Source: an uncultured Actinomycetes bacterium (GTDB lineage Bacteria > Actinomycetota > Actinomycetes > S36-B12 > CAIYMF01). Taken from it: DNA of 32,000 bases. The position numbers and the translations under genes are program-made. The stretch covers positions 240,001-272,000 of the forward strand of contig CAWJMG010000001.1 in assembly GCA_963843975.1 (NCBI GenBank), in the 5' to 3' direction. Below are positions 1 through 9,106 of this stretch, piece by piece; the stretch's first letter is position 1, and each line of letters starts with the position of its first letter. The notes beneath the pieces are model-generated. The model saw nothing but the letters and a program-made list of their open reading frames with translations. It made no database searches and was not told the origin of the DNA.

Positions 1-16
1 GGTGCAGGCATCGAGG

Positions 17-817
17 TCAGAAGAGCGGGGCCTGGTCGCCGCCGGCGTCGAGGCCGTCGGCGAGCGCCTCGTCGAGCGGCAGGGGGTCGACGAGCTCGGG
101 GCCGTTGTGCCGGACGTCGTTCACGAGGGTGGCGACCGGGTAGGCGTCGAGGCGCCCGGGCGCCGCAGGCACGAGGAGGCCGCGCGGGTCGCCCTTCTCC
201 CCCGTGACGGCCGGGTCGAGCCACTCGGCCCAGCGCTCGCGCTCGACGAGCAGCGGCATGCGGTCGTGGATCCGGCCGACGGCGTCCTCAGCAGTGGTGG
301 TGAGCACCGTGCACGTCATGAGCCAGGCCTTGGGGTCGTCGTCCTCGCGCGTCGGGTCGCGCCAGAGCTCGTACAGCCCGGCCATCGCGAGGCTGCTGCC
401 GTCGGCGGGGTGGATGAAGAACGGCTGCTTCAAGGGCTTGCCGCCCTTGCCCTTCGGGCCGTCCTCGGGCGTGTACCACTCGTAGTAGCCGTCGGCCGGG
501 AGGATGCAGCGCCGGCGGGCGAAGGCCCGCTTGTACGCCGGCTTCTCGGCGACGGTCTCCATCCGTGCATTGATCATGCGGTTGCCGATGCTCGGGTCCT
601 TCGCCCAGGACGGCACGAGGCCCCACTTCACGACCGCGAGCTCGCGACGCGGGGGCGCCTCCTTGTCCTCGCGGGGCGCCCGCATGACGACGGCGTACAC
701 GTCCTTGGTGGGCGCGACGTTCCAGTCGGGCTTCAGCTCCTTCTCCGGCCGCGCCTCGATCTCGAACTCCTCCACGAGGTCGTCCGGATTCTTGCTCGCC
801 GCGTACCGCCCGCACAT
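17..817 (-). CDS. SOS-response-associated peptidase (SRAP / DUF159, YedK-HMCES family), 266 aa
   Basis: Last 266 codons of the 17..2038 minus ORF. Starts MCGRY (catalytic Cys2 typical of SRAP) and has WGLVPSWAKD and NARxET motifs. ATG at 817..815 checked in the sequence. The rest of the long ORF is Arg/Gly/Asp-rich antisense of aroA and is treated as non-coding. Confidence 0.9.
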   Translation of the reverse strand: MCGRYAASKNPDDLVEEFEIEARPEKELKPDWNVAPTKDVYAVVMRAPREDKEAPPRRELAVVKWGLVPSWAKDPSIGNRMINARMETVAEKPAYKRAFARRRCILPADGYYEWYTPEDGPKGKGGKPLKQPFFIHPADGSSLAMAGLYELWRDPTREDDDPKAWLMTCTVLTTTAEDAVGRIHDRMPLLVERERWAEWLDPAVTGEKGDPRGLLVPAAPGRLDAYPVATLVNDVRHNGPELVDPLPLDEALADGLDAGGDQAPLF

Positions 818-856
818 GCGAGCAGTATCCCTGCCGGTCCTGCGCTTCGGGCTCGA

Positions 857-862
857 TAGGCT
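857..862 (+). promoter_or_regulatory. candidate -10 hexamer TAGGCT, 6 nt upstream of the aroA GTG (leaderless-type promoter)
   Basis: TANNNT pattern followed by gcggac and then GTG at 869. No Shine-Dalgarno sequence in between. Confidence 0.35.
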
Positions 863-868
863 GCGGAC

Positions 869-2176
869 GTGGCATCCGACGACCATCCATGGCCGGCACC
901 CCTCGCCGACGCGCCCGTGACGGCCGTCGTCCGGGTGCCGGGATCCAAGTCGCTCACCAACCGCGCGCTGCTCCTCGCCGCGCTCGCCGATGGCCCGTCC
1001 ACTGTCAGCGGCGCCCTGCGCGCCCGTGACACCGTCCTCATGGGCAAGGCCCTCGCCTCCCTCGGCGCCGGCATCGACGGGCTCACCGGCGACGCCGCGA
1101 TCCGCGTGACCCCCGGCCCGCTCGTCGGCCCTGCGCACGTCGACTGCGGGCTCGCGGGCACGGTCATGCGCTTCGTCCCGCCCGTGGCCGCGCTCGCCGA
1201 CGGCGACATCCGCTTCGACGGCGACCCGCGCGCCCGCGTCCGCCCGATGGGCGGCGTGATCGAGGCGCTCGAGGCGCTCGGCGTCGAGATCGACGACGAC
1301 GCCCGCCGCACCCTGCCGTTCACGGTCAAGGGCACCGGCGCCGTCCGCGGCGGCGACGTCGCGCTCGACGCGTCGGCCTCCAGCCAGTTCGTCTCCGCCC
1401 TGCTTCTGTCGGCCGCTCGCTTCGACGAGGGCGTGCTCATCCGGCACCAAGGTGGCCCCGTGCCGTCGATGCCGCACATCGACATGAGCGTCGAGCTCCT
1501 GCGCGAGCACGGCGTCACGGTCGAGGTGGACGCCGCCGACCCGACCCGCGCGACGTGGCGGGTCCTGCCCGGCCCGCTGCGCGCCCTCGACCGCGCCGTC
1601 GAGCCCGACCTCTCCAACGCCGCCCCGTTCCTGGCCGCAGCGGTCGTCACCGGCGGCTCGGTCACCATCCCGGGCTGGCCCACCCGCACCACCCAGGCCG
1701 GCGACGCGCTGCGCGACCTCCTCGCGCGGATGGGCGCCGAGGTCACGCTCGACGAGCGCGGCCTCACCGTGCGCGGCACGGGCAGCCTCGACGGCCTCGA
1801 CGCCGACCTCGGCGACGTCGGCGAGCTCACGCCCGTCCTCGCCGCCGTGTGCGCGGTCGCCGGATCCCCGTCGCGCCTGCGCGGCATCGCGCACCTGCGC
1901 GGCCACGAGACCGACCGGCTCGCGGCGCTCGCGCGCGAGATCACCCGCCTCGGCGGCAGCGTCGAGGAGACCGACGACGGCCTGCGCATCACGCCGAAGC
2001 CCTTGCACGGCGGCGTGTTCGAGACGTACGACGACCACCGCATGGCCACCGCCGGCGCGGTCCTCGGCCTCGTCGTCCCCGGCGTCGAGGTCGTCGACGT
2101 CGCGACCACGGGCAAGACGCTGCCGGACTTCGTCGGCATGTGGGCCTCCATGCTCGCCGGAGGCTCTGCCGCGTGA
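869..2176 (+). CDS. aroA: 3-phosphoshikimate 1-carboxyvinyltransferase (EPSP synthase), 435 aa
   Basis: Full-length ORF with GTG start. N-terminal [17 protein letters not shown] signature, plus [11 protein letters not shown] and DDHRMATA motifs typical of AroA. Confidence 0.95.
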   Translation: MASDDHPWPAPLADAPVTAVVRVPGSKSLTNRALLLAALADGPSTVSGALRARDTVLMGKALASLGAGIDGLTGDAAIRVTPGPLVGPAHVDCGLAGTVMRFVPPVAALADGDIRFDGDPRARVRPMGGVIEALEALGVEIDDDARRTLPFTVKGTGAVRGGDVALDASASSQFVSALLLSAARFDEGVLIRHQGGPVPSMPHIDMSVELLREHGVTVEVDAADPTRATWRVLPGPLRALDRAVEPDLSNAAPFLAAAVVTGGSVTIPGWPTRTTQAGDALRDLLARMGAEVTLDERGLTVRGTGSLDGLDADLGDVGELTPVLAAVCAVAGSPSRLRGIAHLRGHETDRLAALAREITRLGGSVEETDDGLRITPKPLHGGVFETYDDHRMATAGAVLGLVVPGVEVVDVATTGKTLPDFVGMWASMLAGGSAA

Positions 2177-3231
2177 GCAAGCGCCGCGAGCTCGACGAGG
2201 ACGACGTCCGTGTGCGCCCTGGCCGCGGCAAGTCCCGGCCCCGCAGCAAGGAGCGGCCCAAGCACGAGGACGCCGTCCCCGCGTTCGTGACCGCCGTAGA
2301 CCGCGGCCGCTACACCGCGGTGCTCGGAGACGTCGACGAGCCCGGCACCGAGGTGTACGCCGTCAAGGCGCGCGAGGTCGGCCGCAAGGGTGTCGTGGTC
2401 GGCGACCGCGTCGCACTGGTCGGCGACGTCAGCGGGAAGCCCGACACCCTCGCCCGCGTCGTCCGCGTCGAGCCGCGCACCACGATGCTGCGCCGCAGCG
2501 CCGACGACGACGACCCGATCGAGCGCGCGCTCGTGGCGAACGCCGACCAGCTCGTCATCGTCACCGCGCTCGCCGATCCCGAGCCTCGCCCGCGCATGAT
2601 CGACAGGTGCCTGGTCGCGGCGTACGACGCCGGCCTCGAGCCGGTGCTCCTGCTCACCAAGAGCGATCTCGCCTCCCCCGACGAGCTCCTCGCGCAGTAC
2701 GGGGCGCTCGACGTGCAGTACCTCGTCACGCGACAGGAGGGCACCGACCCCGTCGACGTCGAGCTGCTGCACGACCTGCTGCGCGGCCACGTGTCGGTGC
2801 TCATCGGCCACAGCGGCGTCGGCAAGTCCACCCTCGTCAACGCGCTCGTCCCGGACGCCGAGCGCGCGATCGGCGTGGTCAACGTGGTCACCGGCCGCGG
2901 CCGTCACACCTCGACCTCCGCCGTCGCGCTCCCCCTGCCCGAGGGCGGCTGGGTCATCGACACCCCGGGCGTGCGGTCGTTCGGGCTCGCGCACGTCGAC
3001 CCGCAGCGCGTCTTCCACGCGTTCCCCGACCTCGAGGCCGGCACCGACGACTGCCCGCGCTCGTGCTCGCACGACGAGCCCGACTGCGCCCTCGACGCCT
3101 GGGTCGCCGACGGCCACGCCGGCAGCGGCGGGCCGCAGCGGCTCGAGTCCCTGCGCCGCCTGCTGCGCAGCCGCGCCGGTGGGGACGACGTGAATCCCGG
3201 CGAGGACGTCGCTGCAGATCCCGGCGCGTGA
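2173..3231 (+). CDS. rsgA: ribosome small-subunit-dependent GTPase A, 352 aa
   Basis: In-frame GTG at 2173 overlaps the aroA stop (GTGA). Circularly permuted GTPase motifs: LLTKSDL (G4), [14 protein letters not shown] (G1), DTPG (G3). C-terminal zinc knuckle [12 protein letters not shown]. The upstream part of the 1555..3231 ORF is out-of-frame aroA. Confidence 0.9.
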   Translation: MSKRRELDEDDVRVRPGRGKSRPRSKERPKHEDAVPAFVTAVDRGRYTAVLGDVDEPGTEVYAVKAREVGRKGVVVGDRVALVGDVSGKPDTLARVVRVEPRTTMLRRSADDDDPIERALVANADQLVIVTALADPEPRPRMIDRCLVAAYDAGLEPVLLLTKSDLASPDELLAQYGALDVQYLVTRQEGTDPVDVELLHDLLRGHVSVLIGHSGVGKSTLVNALVPDAERAIGVVNVVTGRGRHTSTSAVALPLPEGGWVIDTPGVRSFGLAHVDPQRVFHAFPDLEAGTDDCPRSCSHDEPDCALDAWVADGHAGSGGPQRLESLRRLLRSRAGGDDVNPGEDVAADPGA

Positions 3232-3327
3232 CCCGGCGGTCACCCGCCGCAGTCTCGCGAATCCTTGCCGCACAGCCGATCCCGGCGGGCACAATCGACC
3301 GCGACGACGACCATCGCGGAGGGCACC

Positions 3328-3729
3328 ATGGCCGAGATCAAGACGCAGAAGAACGCCGGCGACGTCCAGGCGTTCCTTGACTCCATCGAGGACCCGGCGC
3401 GTCAGGCCGACGCCCGCGCGATCGACACGCTCCTCACCAAGGTCACCAAGGCCGAGCCGGTGATGTACGGCGACGCGATCGTGGGCTACGGCGAGCACCT
3501 GCTCACCTACGCGGGCGGTGCGCAGCGGCCGTGGATGGTGCTCGGGTTCGCCCCGCGCAAGACCAGCACGACGCTCTACCTGAACGGCAAGGCCGAGGAG
3601 TACGCCGACCTCCTCGAGCGCCTCGGCAAGCACACCGCCAAGGGCGGCTGCCTGCACATCAAGAAGCTCGCGGACGTCGACCAGCAGGTGCTCGAGGAGC
3701 TCCTCAAGAAGTCGTACGCCAAGAAGTAG
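3328..3729 (+). CDS. DUF1801 (YdhG-like) domain protein, 133 aa
   Basis: ATG at 3328 preceded by GGAGGG. The sequence MAEIKTQKNAGDVQAFLDSI...GGCLHIKKLADVD matches my memory of the DUF1801 family. High third-position GC. Confidence 0.75.
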   Translation: MAEIKTQKNAGDVQAFLDSIEDPARQADARAIDTLLTKVTKAEPVMYGDAIVGYGEHLLTYAGGAQRPWMVLGFAPRKTSTTLYLNGKAEEYADLLERLGKHTAKGGCLHIKKLADVDQQVLEELLKKSYAKK

Positions 3730-3749
3730 CGGCCAGTACGGGGCAGCGA

Positions 3750-4229
3750 CTACTTCGGCTCGGGCACCGAGCCGACGGTCGTCTTGTCGACCGTGCCTCC
3801 CCACACCGCCGTCGCACCCGAGTGGCCGGCGAGCACGGCGAGGGCGAGGTTGCCTGCCGCCACCAGCACCACGAGGACGGCGACGACCTTCGTCATCGTC
3901 GTACGCCCGTCGCGCTGCTGACGGTCGAACCAGTACAGCAGCGCGAGCAGCACGAACAGTCCGAACGCGGCGATCGGGATCTTCTCGCCCCACTCGATGT
4001 GGTCCTCGGGCCAGCCCACACGTGAGGCGAGCTTCTCGCCGCTCTCCTTGGCCACGAACGCCGAGCCCAGAGCGATGAAGGAGCAGGCGAGCACCAGCCA
4101 GCCGTACGACCGGTTCCACGACGCCTTGGCCGCGACGAGCACGGCGCCGAGGCACGCGAGCGGCAGCAGCACGATGACGGCGTGCACGACCAGCGGATGC
4201 AGCGGGATCCCCGCGATGGTGTCGAACAT
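3750..4229 (-). CDS. DUF2231-like integral membrane protein, 159 aa
   Basis: ATG at 4229. N-terminus MFDTIAGIPLHPLVVHAVIVLLP, with four hydrophobic segments. Confidence 0.7.
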   Translation of the reverse strand: MFDTIAGIPLHPLVVHAVIVLLPLACLGAVLVAAKASWNRSYGWLVLACSFIALGSAFVAKESGEKLASRVGWPEDHIEWGEKIPIAAFGLFVLLALLYWFDRQQRDGRTTMTKVVAVLVVLVAAGNLALAVLAGHSGATAVWGGTVDKTTVGSVPEPK

Positions 4230-4235
4230 GCCCCG

Positions 4236-4241
4236 ACCGTA
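4236..4241 (-). promoter_or_regulatory. candidate -10 hexamer TACGGT, 6 nt upstream of the DUF2231 ATG
   Basis: The minus strand reads TACGGT-cggggc-ATG. No SD sequence. Confidence 0.3.
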
Positions 4242-4297
4242 CGTCGCACGCGCGCGCCGTGGTCGGACTTGGATGAAGTGTGTACGAACGCGCCCGG

Positions 4298-4303
4298 TAG
4301 CGT
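4298..4303 (+). promoter_or_regulatory. candidate -10 hexamer TAGCGT, 7 nt upstream of the hisN GTG
   Basis: TAGCGT-ctgcgcc-GTG at 4311. No SD sequence. Confidence 0.3.
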
Positions 4304-4310
4304 CTGCGCC

Positions 4311-5102
4311 GTGACCTCGCAGCCCTACGCCGACGACCTCGCCCTCGCGCACCGCCTCGCGGACGCCGCCGACGCGATCACCATGGACCGCTTCAACGCG
4401 CGCGACCTCGTGGTGGAGACCAAGCCCGACCTCACGCCGGTGAGCGACGCCGACAAGGCAGTCGAGCGCATGGTTCGCGAGGCCGTGGCGGCCGAGCGCC
4501 CCGGCGACGGCGTCCTCGGCGAGGAGGAGGCCGAGCTGGTCGGCACGAGCGGCCGCAGGTGGATCGTCGACCCGGTCGACGGCACCAAGAACTTCGTGCG
4601 CGGCGTGCCCGTGTGGTCGACGGTCATCGGCCTTCAGGACGCCGAGGGCCGGATCGTCGTCGGTCTCGTCTCAGCACCCGCGCTCGCGCGACGGTGGTGG
4701 GCCACGCTCGGCGGCGGTGCGTTCGTGTCCGAGCCGGGGTCGACCGAGCCGCGGCAGATCCACGTGTCGAAGGTGCACGCGCTGGCCGACGCGAGCCTCG
4801 GCTACTCCGAGGTCCGCTGGGTGCCGGAGCAGGACCAGCCGAAGTGGGACGCGCTCCTGCGCACGGTGTGGCGGGTGCGCGGCTACGGCGACTTCTACAG
4901 CCACGTCCTCGTGGCCGAGGGTGCCGTGGACATCGCAGCCGAGCCCGAGCTCAACCTCTACGACGTCGCGGGCGTGTCACTGGTGGTCACGGAGGCCGGC
5001 GGCCGGTTCACCGGCGTCGACGGCGTCGACGGCCCCGACCGCGGCAGCGGCATCGCCACCAACGGCCTCCTGCACGACGCCGTCCTTGCGGCGCTTCGCT
5101 GA
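4311..5102 (+). CDS. hisN: histidinol-phosphatase of the inositol monophosphatase family, 263 aa
   Basis: GTG at 4311. IMPase motifs GEE, WIVDPVDGTKNF and WDVAG-like YDVAG. The N-terminus DLALAHRLADAADAITMDRF...KPDLTPVSDADKAVE resembles actinobacterial HisN. Confidence 0.75.
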   Translation: MTSQPYADDLALAHRLADAADAITMDRFNARDLVVETKPDLTPVSDADKAVERMVREAVAAERPGDGVLGEEEAELVGTSGRRWIVDPVDGTKNFVRGVPVWSTVIGLQDAEGRIVVGLVSAPALARRWWATLGGGAFVSEPGSTEPRQIHVSKVHALADASLGYSEVRWVPEQDQPKWDALLRTVWRVRGYGDFYSHVLVAEGAVDIAAEPELNLYDVAGVSLVVTEAGGRFTGVDGVDGPDRGSGIATNGLLHDAVLAALR

Positions 5103-5792
5103 CCAGGCGTACCACCGCTCGAGGATCGCGGGCGCGAGCAGCACGGCGTACAGGTCGAACCATCCGTAGCCGCCGGCCGCGATGCTCGGCGGGTTGCCCT
5201 GCGCGACCCAGCCCATGATCGTGTCGCGCGGCATCCAGGCCCACACTCCCCACGCGGTGCCGAGGATCTCGAGGTAGCTCACCATCACGAACGCGCCGAC
5301 GTAGAGCAGCGTCGAGCGGCCCCAGCGCAGGAACGCCAGCAGGCAGAGGTACCAGAAGAAGCCGAGCACGTCCTGGCGCGGCGAGAGCAGCAGGCCCCAG
5401 AGCGCCCAGGCCCCGGCGACCACGACGGTGAGCCTGATCGCGAGCACCCGGTGGCGGACGACGACGGGCAGCCGCGCGAAGGTCAGCGCGGCCAGGTAGA
5501 TGAGTCCATGGCCCGGGAAGACGTACGCCGGGACGTGCTCGAGGCGGTACACGTACACGCCCAGCCAGCCCGAGAACACGAGCTCGATGAACGCCGCGAT
5601 CACGATGACGACGCCGGTCTGGACGCGCACCAGCGGCGTCTCGTGCTTCAGCCACCAGAGCAGCAGCGCCCAGGTAAGGGCACCCAGGGCGAGCTGGCCG
5701 GGGAGGTCTGCGGAACGATCGAGCCACAGCACGGACGGGATCCACAGCACCGCGAGCAGCAGCGCACGCGGGTCGGTCCAGCCTCGGGTCAC
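4977..5792 (-). CDS. polytopic membrane protein, family not recognised, 271 aa
   Basis: GTG at 5792. About 7 hydrophobic helices rich in Trp/Leu, with high third-position GC. The C-terminal 42 codons overlap the hisN 3' end. Confidence 0.6.
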   Translation of the reverse strand: MTRGWTDPRALLLAVLWIPSVLWLDRSADLPGQLALGALTWALLLWWLKHETPLVRVQTGVVIVIAAFIELVFSGWLGVYVYRLEHVPAYVFPGHGLIYLAALTFARLPVVVRHRVLAIRLTVVVAGAWALWGLLLSPRQDVLGFFWYLCLLAFLRWGRSTLLYVGAFVMVSYLEILGTAWGVWAWMPRDTIMGWVAQGNPPSIAAGGYGWFDLYAVLLAPAILERWYAWSAKRRKDGVVQEAVGGDAAAAVGAVDAVDAGEPAAGLRDHQ

Positions 5793-5896
5793 TCGACCAG
5801 TGTCCCCGACCTGGGCGGACTTCGGTTGTGCGCTTGTGATCGCCCGTCGGGGCTGGGACGCTCTGGACCTGCGCACGCCGACCACGGGAGGCCGAC

Positions 5897-6286
5897 ATGC
5901 ACGTCGACGACAGCACCACGGTGGACACCGCCATGACGCCCGAGGTCCTCACGGTGGGACCGGGCCACACCCTCCGGCAGTGCGCGCAGGCGATGCGCAG
6001 CCGGAAGGTCGGCGCCGCCGTCGTCGCCGACCAGGACGGGCCTGGCCTCGGCATCATCACCGAGCGCGACATCCTCGACGCCGTCGCCGCGGGCCAGGAC
6101 CTCGACGCCGAGACCGCGCACGACCACCAGACGACAGACGTCGTCTTCGCGACGCCGACGTGGACTCTGACCCAGGCAGCGCAGGCCATGATGCGCGGCG
6201 GCTTCCGCCACCTCATCGTGCTCGACGGCACCGAGATCGCCGGCATGCTCAGCGTGCGCGACATCGTGCGCCGCTGGTCGAGCTGA
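5897..6286 (+). CDS. CBS-pair domain protein, 129 aa
   Basis: ATG preceded by GGGAGG. Two CBS repeats (GIITERDILDAV and GMLSVRDIVR). Confidence 0.85.
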   Translation: MHVDDSTTVDTAMTPEVLTVGPGHTLRQCAQAMRSRKVGAAVVADQDGPGLGIITERDILDAVAAGQDLDAETAHDHQTTDVVFATPTWTLTQAAQAMMRGGFRHLIVLDGTEIAGMLSVRDIVRRWSS

Positions 6287-6296
6287 CGCGGTCCCG

Positions 6297-7667
6297 CTAG
6301 CGGATCCTGATCCGCAGGGGCAGGCCGCCGTCAGGGCGCACTGTCACGAGCGGCACGGCCCGCGGGGAGTCCTGCACGGCCGCGAACCGCACGGCGCGCG
6401 CGAGGGACGCCAGCACGAGCGTGCCCTCGAGCAGCGCCATGTCACGCCCGATGCACAGGCGCGGTCCTGCGCCGAACGGGATGTACGCCGGCACCGCGGC
6501 GACGTCGCGCCGCCGGGCACCCGACGCATCGAGGAACCGGGTCGGATCGAACTCCTCGGGCCGCTCCCACATGGCCTCGTGGCGGTGCACGAGCCACGGG
6601 CTGACGATGACGAGGGAGTTCGCCGCGACCGGCACGCCGGCGAGCACGTCGTCCTCGAGCGCACGGCGCGTGATGACCCACGCCGGCGGGTAGAGCCGCA
6701 GCGTCTCGTCCATCACCGCAGCGGCGTACGGCAGCTGCGCCAGGTCGTGGAACGTCGGTCGCGCGTGCAGCGCGTCGGCCTCGGCGCGCAGCCTGTCGGC
6801 CGCAGTGTCGTTGCGGGCCAGCAGGTCCCACGCCCAGGTGAGGGCGCTCGCGACCGTCTCGTGCCCGGCGACGATGAACGTGACCACCTGGTCGCGCACC
6901 TGACGGGCCGACAGCGTCCGCCCCTCGTCGTCGCGGGTGGTGAGCAGCAGGTCGAGCATGTCGCGCGCGGGCTCGCCGTCGGCCAGGGGTCGGCGGGCGC
7001 GCTCGGCGAGCATCGAGTCGACGGCGTCGTCGAGATGCCGCACCGCACGGCGCAGCACGACGTTCGACCGCGTCGGGACCGACATCGGGACGGGGATCGG
7101 GAAGCGCGCCTTCCGCACGACCACGTCGAGCGCCTCGAGCGTGGCGTCCGCGAGCCGCTTCGCGTCGCCCGACAGGTCGGAGCCGAACAGCGACGCGCCG
7201 ACCACCTCGAGCGCGAGCACCATCATCGCCTCGTCGACGTCGACGACCGCGCCGTCCGCTGCCGCCCAGCGCGCGAGCAGCCGGTCGACCCCCGTCGTGA
7301 CGTGGGCGCCGACCAGGTCGAGCGACTCGTGGTGGAACGCCGGCTGCACGAGACGACGCGCAGGGCGCCACGTCTCGGTGTCCGCGGTGAGCAGGCCGTC
7401 ACCGGTCACCAGCGAGAGGGTCGTGTACTGCAGCGTGCGCTTGCCGTACGCGCGCGCGTTCGTCACGAGCACCCGGCGTACCGCCTCGGGATCGGTGACG
7501 AGGTATGTCGGCGGGTCGGGGATCGGCAGCTGCAGGACGTCGCCGTACTCCGCGCGCATGCGCGTGAGGAACGTGATGGGGTCGGTGCTGATCTCGCGGA
7601 TCGAGCGCAGCATCTCGCCGCCGGGCGGCCCGGGAGCCGTCATCGGAGCGGGACGCTTGAGAGCCAC
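6297..7667 (-). CDS. cytochrome P450, about 448-456 aa
   Basis: Heme-thiolate loop FGAGPRLCIGRDMA, I-helix AGHETV and K-helix ETLRL. GTG start at 7667, or alternatively ATG at 7643. Confidence 0.9.
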   Translation of the reverse strand: MALKRPAPMTAPGPPGGEMLRSIREISTDPITFLTRMRAEYGDVLQLPIPDPPTYLVTDPEAVRRVLVTNARAYGKRTLQYTTLSLVTGDGLLTADTETWRPARRLVQPAFHHESLDLVGAHVTTGVDRLLARWAAADGAVVDVDEAMMVLALEVVGASLFGSDLSGDAKRLADATLEALDVVVRKARFPIPVPMSVPTRSNVVLRRAVRHLDDAVDSMLAERARRPLADGEPARDMLDLLLTTRDDEGRTLSARQVRDQVVTFIVAGHETVASALTWAWDLLARNDTAADRLRAEADALHARPTFHDLAQLPYAAAVMDETLRLYPPAWVITRRALEDDVLAGVPVAANSLVIVSPWLVHRHEAMWERPEEFDPTRFLDASGARRRDVAAVPAYIPFGAGPRLCIGRDMALLEGTLVLASLARAVRFAAVQDSPRAVPLVTVRPDGGLPLRIRIR

Positions 7668-7694
7668 GCCCCGATCCTGTCAGCCGGTGCGGAG

Positions 7695-8960
7695 CTAGAG
7701 GCGAGCGAGGTCGCGGACGTCGTCCTCGAACCGGGCGCGCACCTCCTGGGTCACCGACGGCTTCGCCAGAACGAGGGCGCCGAGGTAGTCGTCGGTCGTC
7801 GGGCCGTCCCCGTCCGAGCCCGAGTAGACCGCGCGCTCGAACGACGTCTGCGACGCCGCGCGCGCGGCGTGCTCGATCTCGGCGGGGGTCATGGATGCGC
7901 TGCCCGACACGAGGGCGTCGAGGTCGACGACGTCCGCGTCGGCGTACCGCGACCAGATCGCCGCGCGCGCGGTGTCGTCCGGCGTGCCGATCGGGATGAC
8001 GTAGTCGAAGCGGCCGGGACGGGTGAATGCGGGGTCGAGGGCGCGGAGGTCGTTCGTGGCACAGACCAGCAGACGCTGGTCGTGCTGGCGGAACGCAGGC
8101 ACGACCTTGAGCAGCTCGTTGGTGAGACCGTGGACCGGGCTGGTGGGCCGGTCGCCGCGCGCGGCGGCGATCTCCTCGACCTCGTCGATGAAGACGAGCA
8201 CCTTCTCCAGGCGCCGGATGCGGTCGAAGGTCGCGCGGAGAGCGGCGGCCGGGCCGGCGGGATCTGCGAGCAGGGCGCTCGGCAGCACCTCGACGAACGG
8301 CCAGCCGAGTCGGCTCGCGATGGCGCGCGCGAACGACGTCTTGCCCGTGCCGGGCGGCCCGAAGAGCACCACCGCGCGCGGCGGCTGCACGCCGTGCCGG
8401 CTCGCGGTCTCGGGCTGGTCGAGAGGCGCCACGATGCGGCGCTCGATCAGGTCCTTCTCACGGTGCATGCCGGCGAGCTGGTCCCAGAGCCGGCCCGGCA
8501 GCACCTGGCCGCCGAGCTCGGCGAGCACGTCGGCCTTGTCGCGCTCGAGCGAGACGACCTTGTCGAAGTAGGCGACGGCGGGGCGGCGCGCGAACCCCGC
8601 GTTGGCGAGGCCGTCGGCGAGCTGCTCCTCCTCGGGCAGCACGTACGACAGCAGGCGCACCCGCGCGTCGAGGAGAGCCCGCTCGAGCCCGAGCAGCAAC
8701 GAGCTGGCCATGCCCTGGCCGCGCCACTCCTCGGCGATCGCGAGCCGCGCGACCCACGCGCGGTCGCCCGAGACGGTCGACACGACGACGCCCACGACCT
8801 CGTCGTGCAGCTGGGCGACGACCGCGGGCTGGTCGTCGCGCAGCGCCGCGATGACCTCCGACAGCCCGAAGATGCTCCCCTGGTGGGCCTTGGTGACGTC
8901 GAGCAGCCGCACCACGGCCTCGAGGTCGTCGTCGTGGTAGTCACGGATGAACCAGCGCAT
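7695..8960 (-). CDS. GNAT acetyltransferase - AAA+ ATPase fusion protein, 421 aa
   Basis: N-terminal GNAT fold with acetyl-CoA motif WRGQGMASSLL. C-terminal classical AAA+ module with Walker A GPPGTGKT, Walker B VLVFIDEVEE and SRH/Arg-finger LDPAFTRPGRFD. ATG at 8960 (alternative GTG at 8975). Confidence 0.85.
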   Translation of the reverse strand: MRWFIRDYHDDDLEAVVRLLDVTKAHQGSIFGLSEVIAALRDDQPAVVAQLHDEVVGVVVSTVSGDRAWVARLAIAEEWRGQGMASSLLLGLERALLDARVRLLSYVLPEEEQLADGLANAGFARRPAVAYFDKVVSLERDKADVLAELGGQVLPGRLWDQLAGMHREKDLIERRIVAPLDQPETASRHGVQPPRAVVLFGPPGTGKTSFARAIASRLGWPFVEVLPSALLADPAGPAAALRATFDRIRRLEKVLVFIDEVEEIAAARGDRPTSPVHGLTNELLKVVPAFRQHDQRLLVCATNDLRALDPAFTRPGRFDYVIPIGTPDDTARAAIWSRYADADVVDLDALVSGSASMTPAEIEHAARAASQTSFERAVYSGSDGDGPTTDDYLGALVLAKPSVTQEVRARFEDDVRDLARL

Positions 8961-9093
8961 GTCCGACGGTGGCACGCACCAGGTGGACGCCGTACCGCCG
9001 TCGTGGACTGCCGGACCGGGTCCAACCGCCCGACCGGCGGTTGCACGTGACGTGAAGAACTGCCTTCAGCGGGTAACGAAGGTTTGCTTTCCC

Positions 9094-9099
9094 TAGCCT
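9094..9099 (+). promoter_or_regulatory. candidate -10 hexamer TAGCCT, 7 nt upstream of the ATG of PAS-GGDEF-EAL copy 1
   Basis: cccTAGCCT-gacgtgc-ATG. The same arrangement is conserved upstream of copy 2. No SD sequence. Confidence 0.4.
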
Positions 9100-9106
9100 G
9101 ACGTGC

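Noticed and set aside
733-4155. Very long ORFs in the six-frame track. Examples are 733..4155 minus (1140 aa), 6579..9050 plus (823 aa), 8447..11251 minus (934 aa), 11612..13171 minus, 11653..13968 plus, 17706..19484 plus, 20437..22653 minus, 24124..26565 plus, 25772..27397 minus and 26890..28638 minus.
   Set aside because: They are Arg/Gly/Pro/Asp-rich and low in complexity. They lack recognisable motifs and lie antisense or out of frame to genes with clear family signatures. Such stop-free shadow ORFs are expected in very GC-rich DNA.
9013-9052. Small palindromes and direct repeats in the GNAT / GGDEF divergent region (GGACC-g-GGTCC, CCGCC-cgacc-GGCGG, ACGTGACGTG).
   Set aside because: They are short GC-rich inverted repeats of this size, common by chance in this composition. 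None is retained in the duplicated spacer upstream of copy 2, so there is no support for function.
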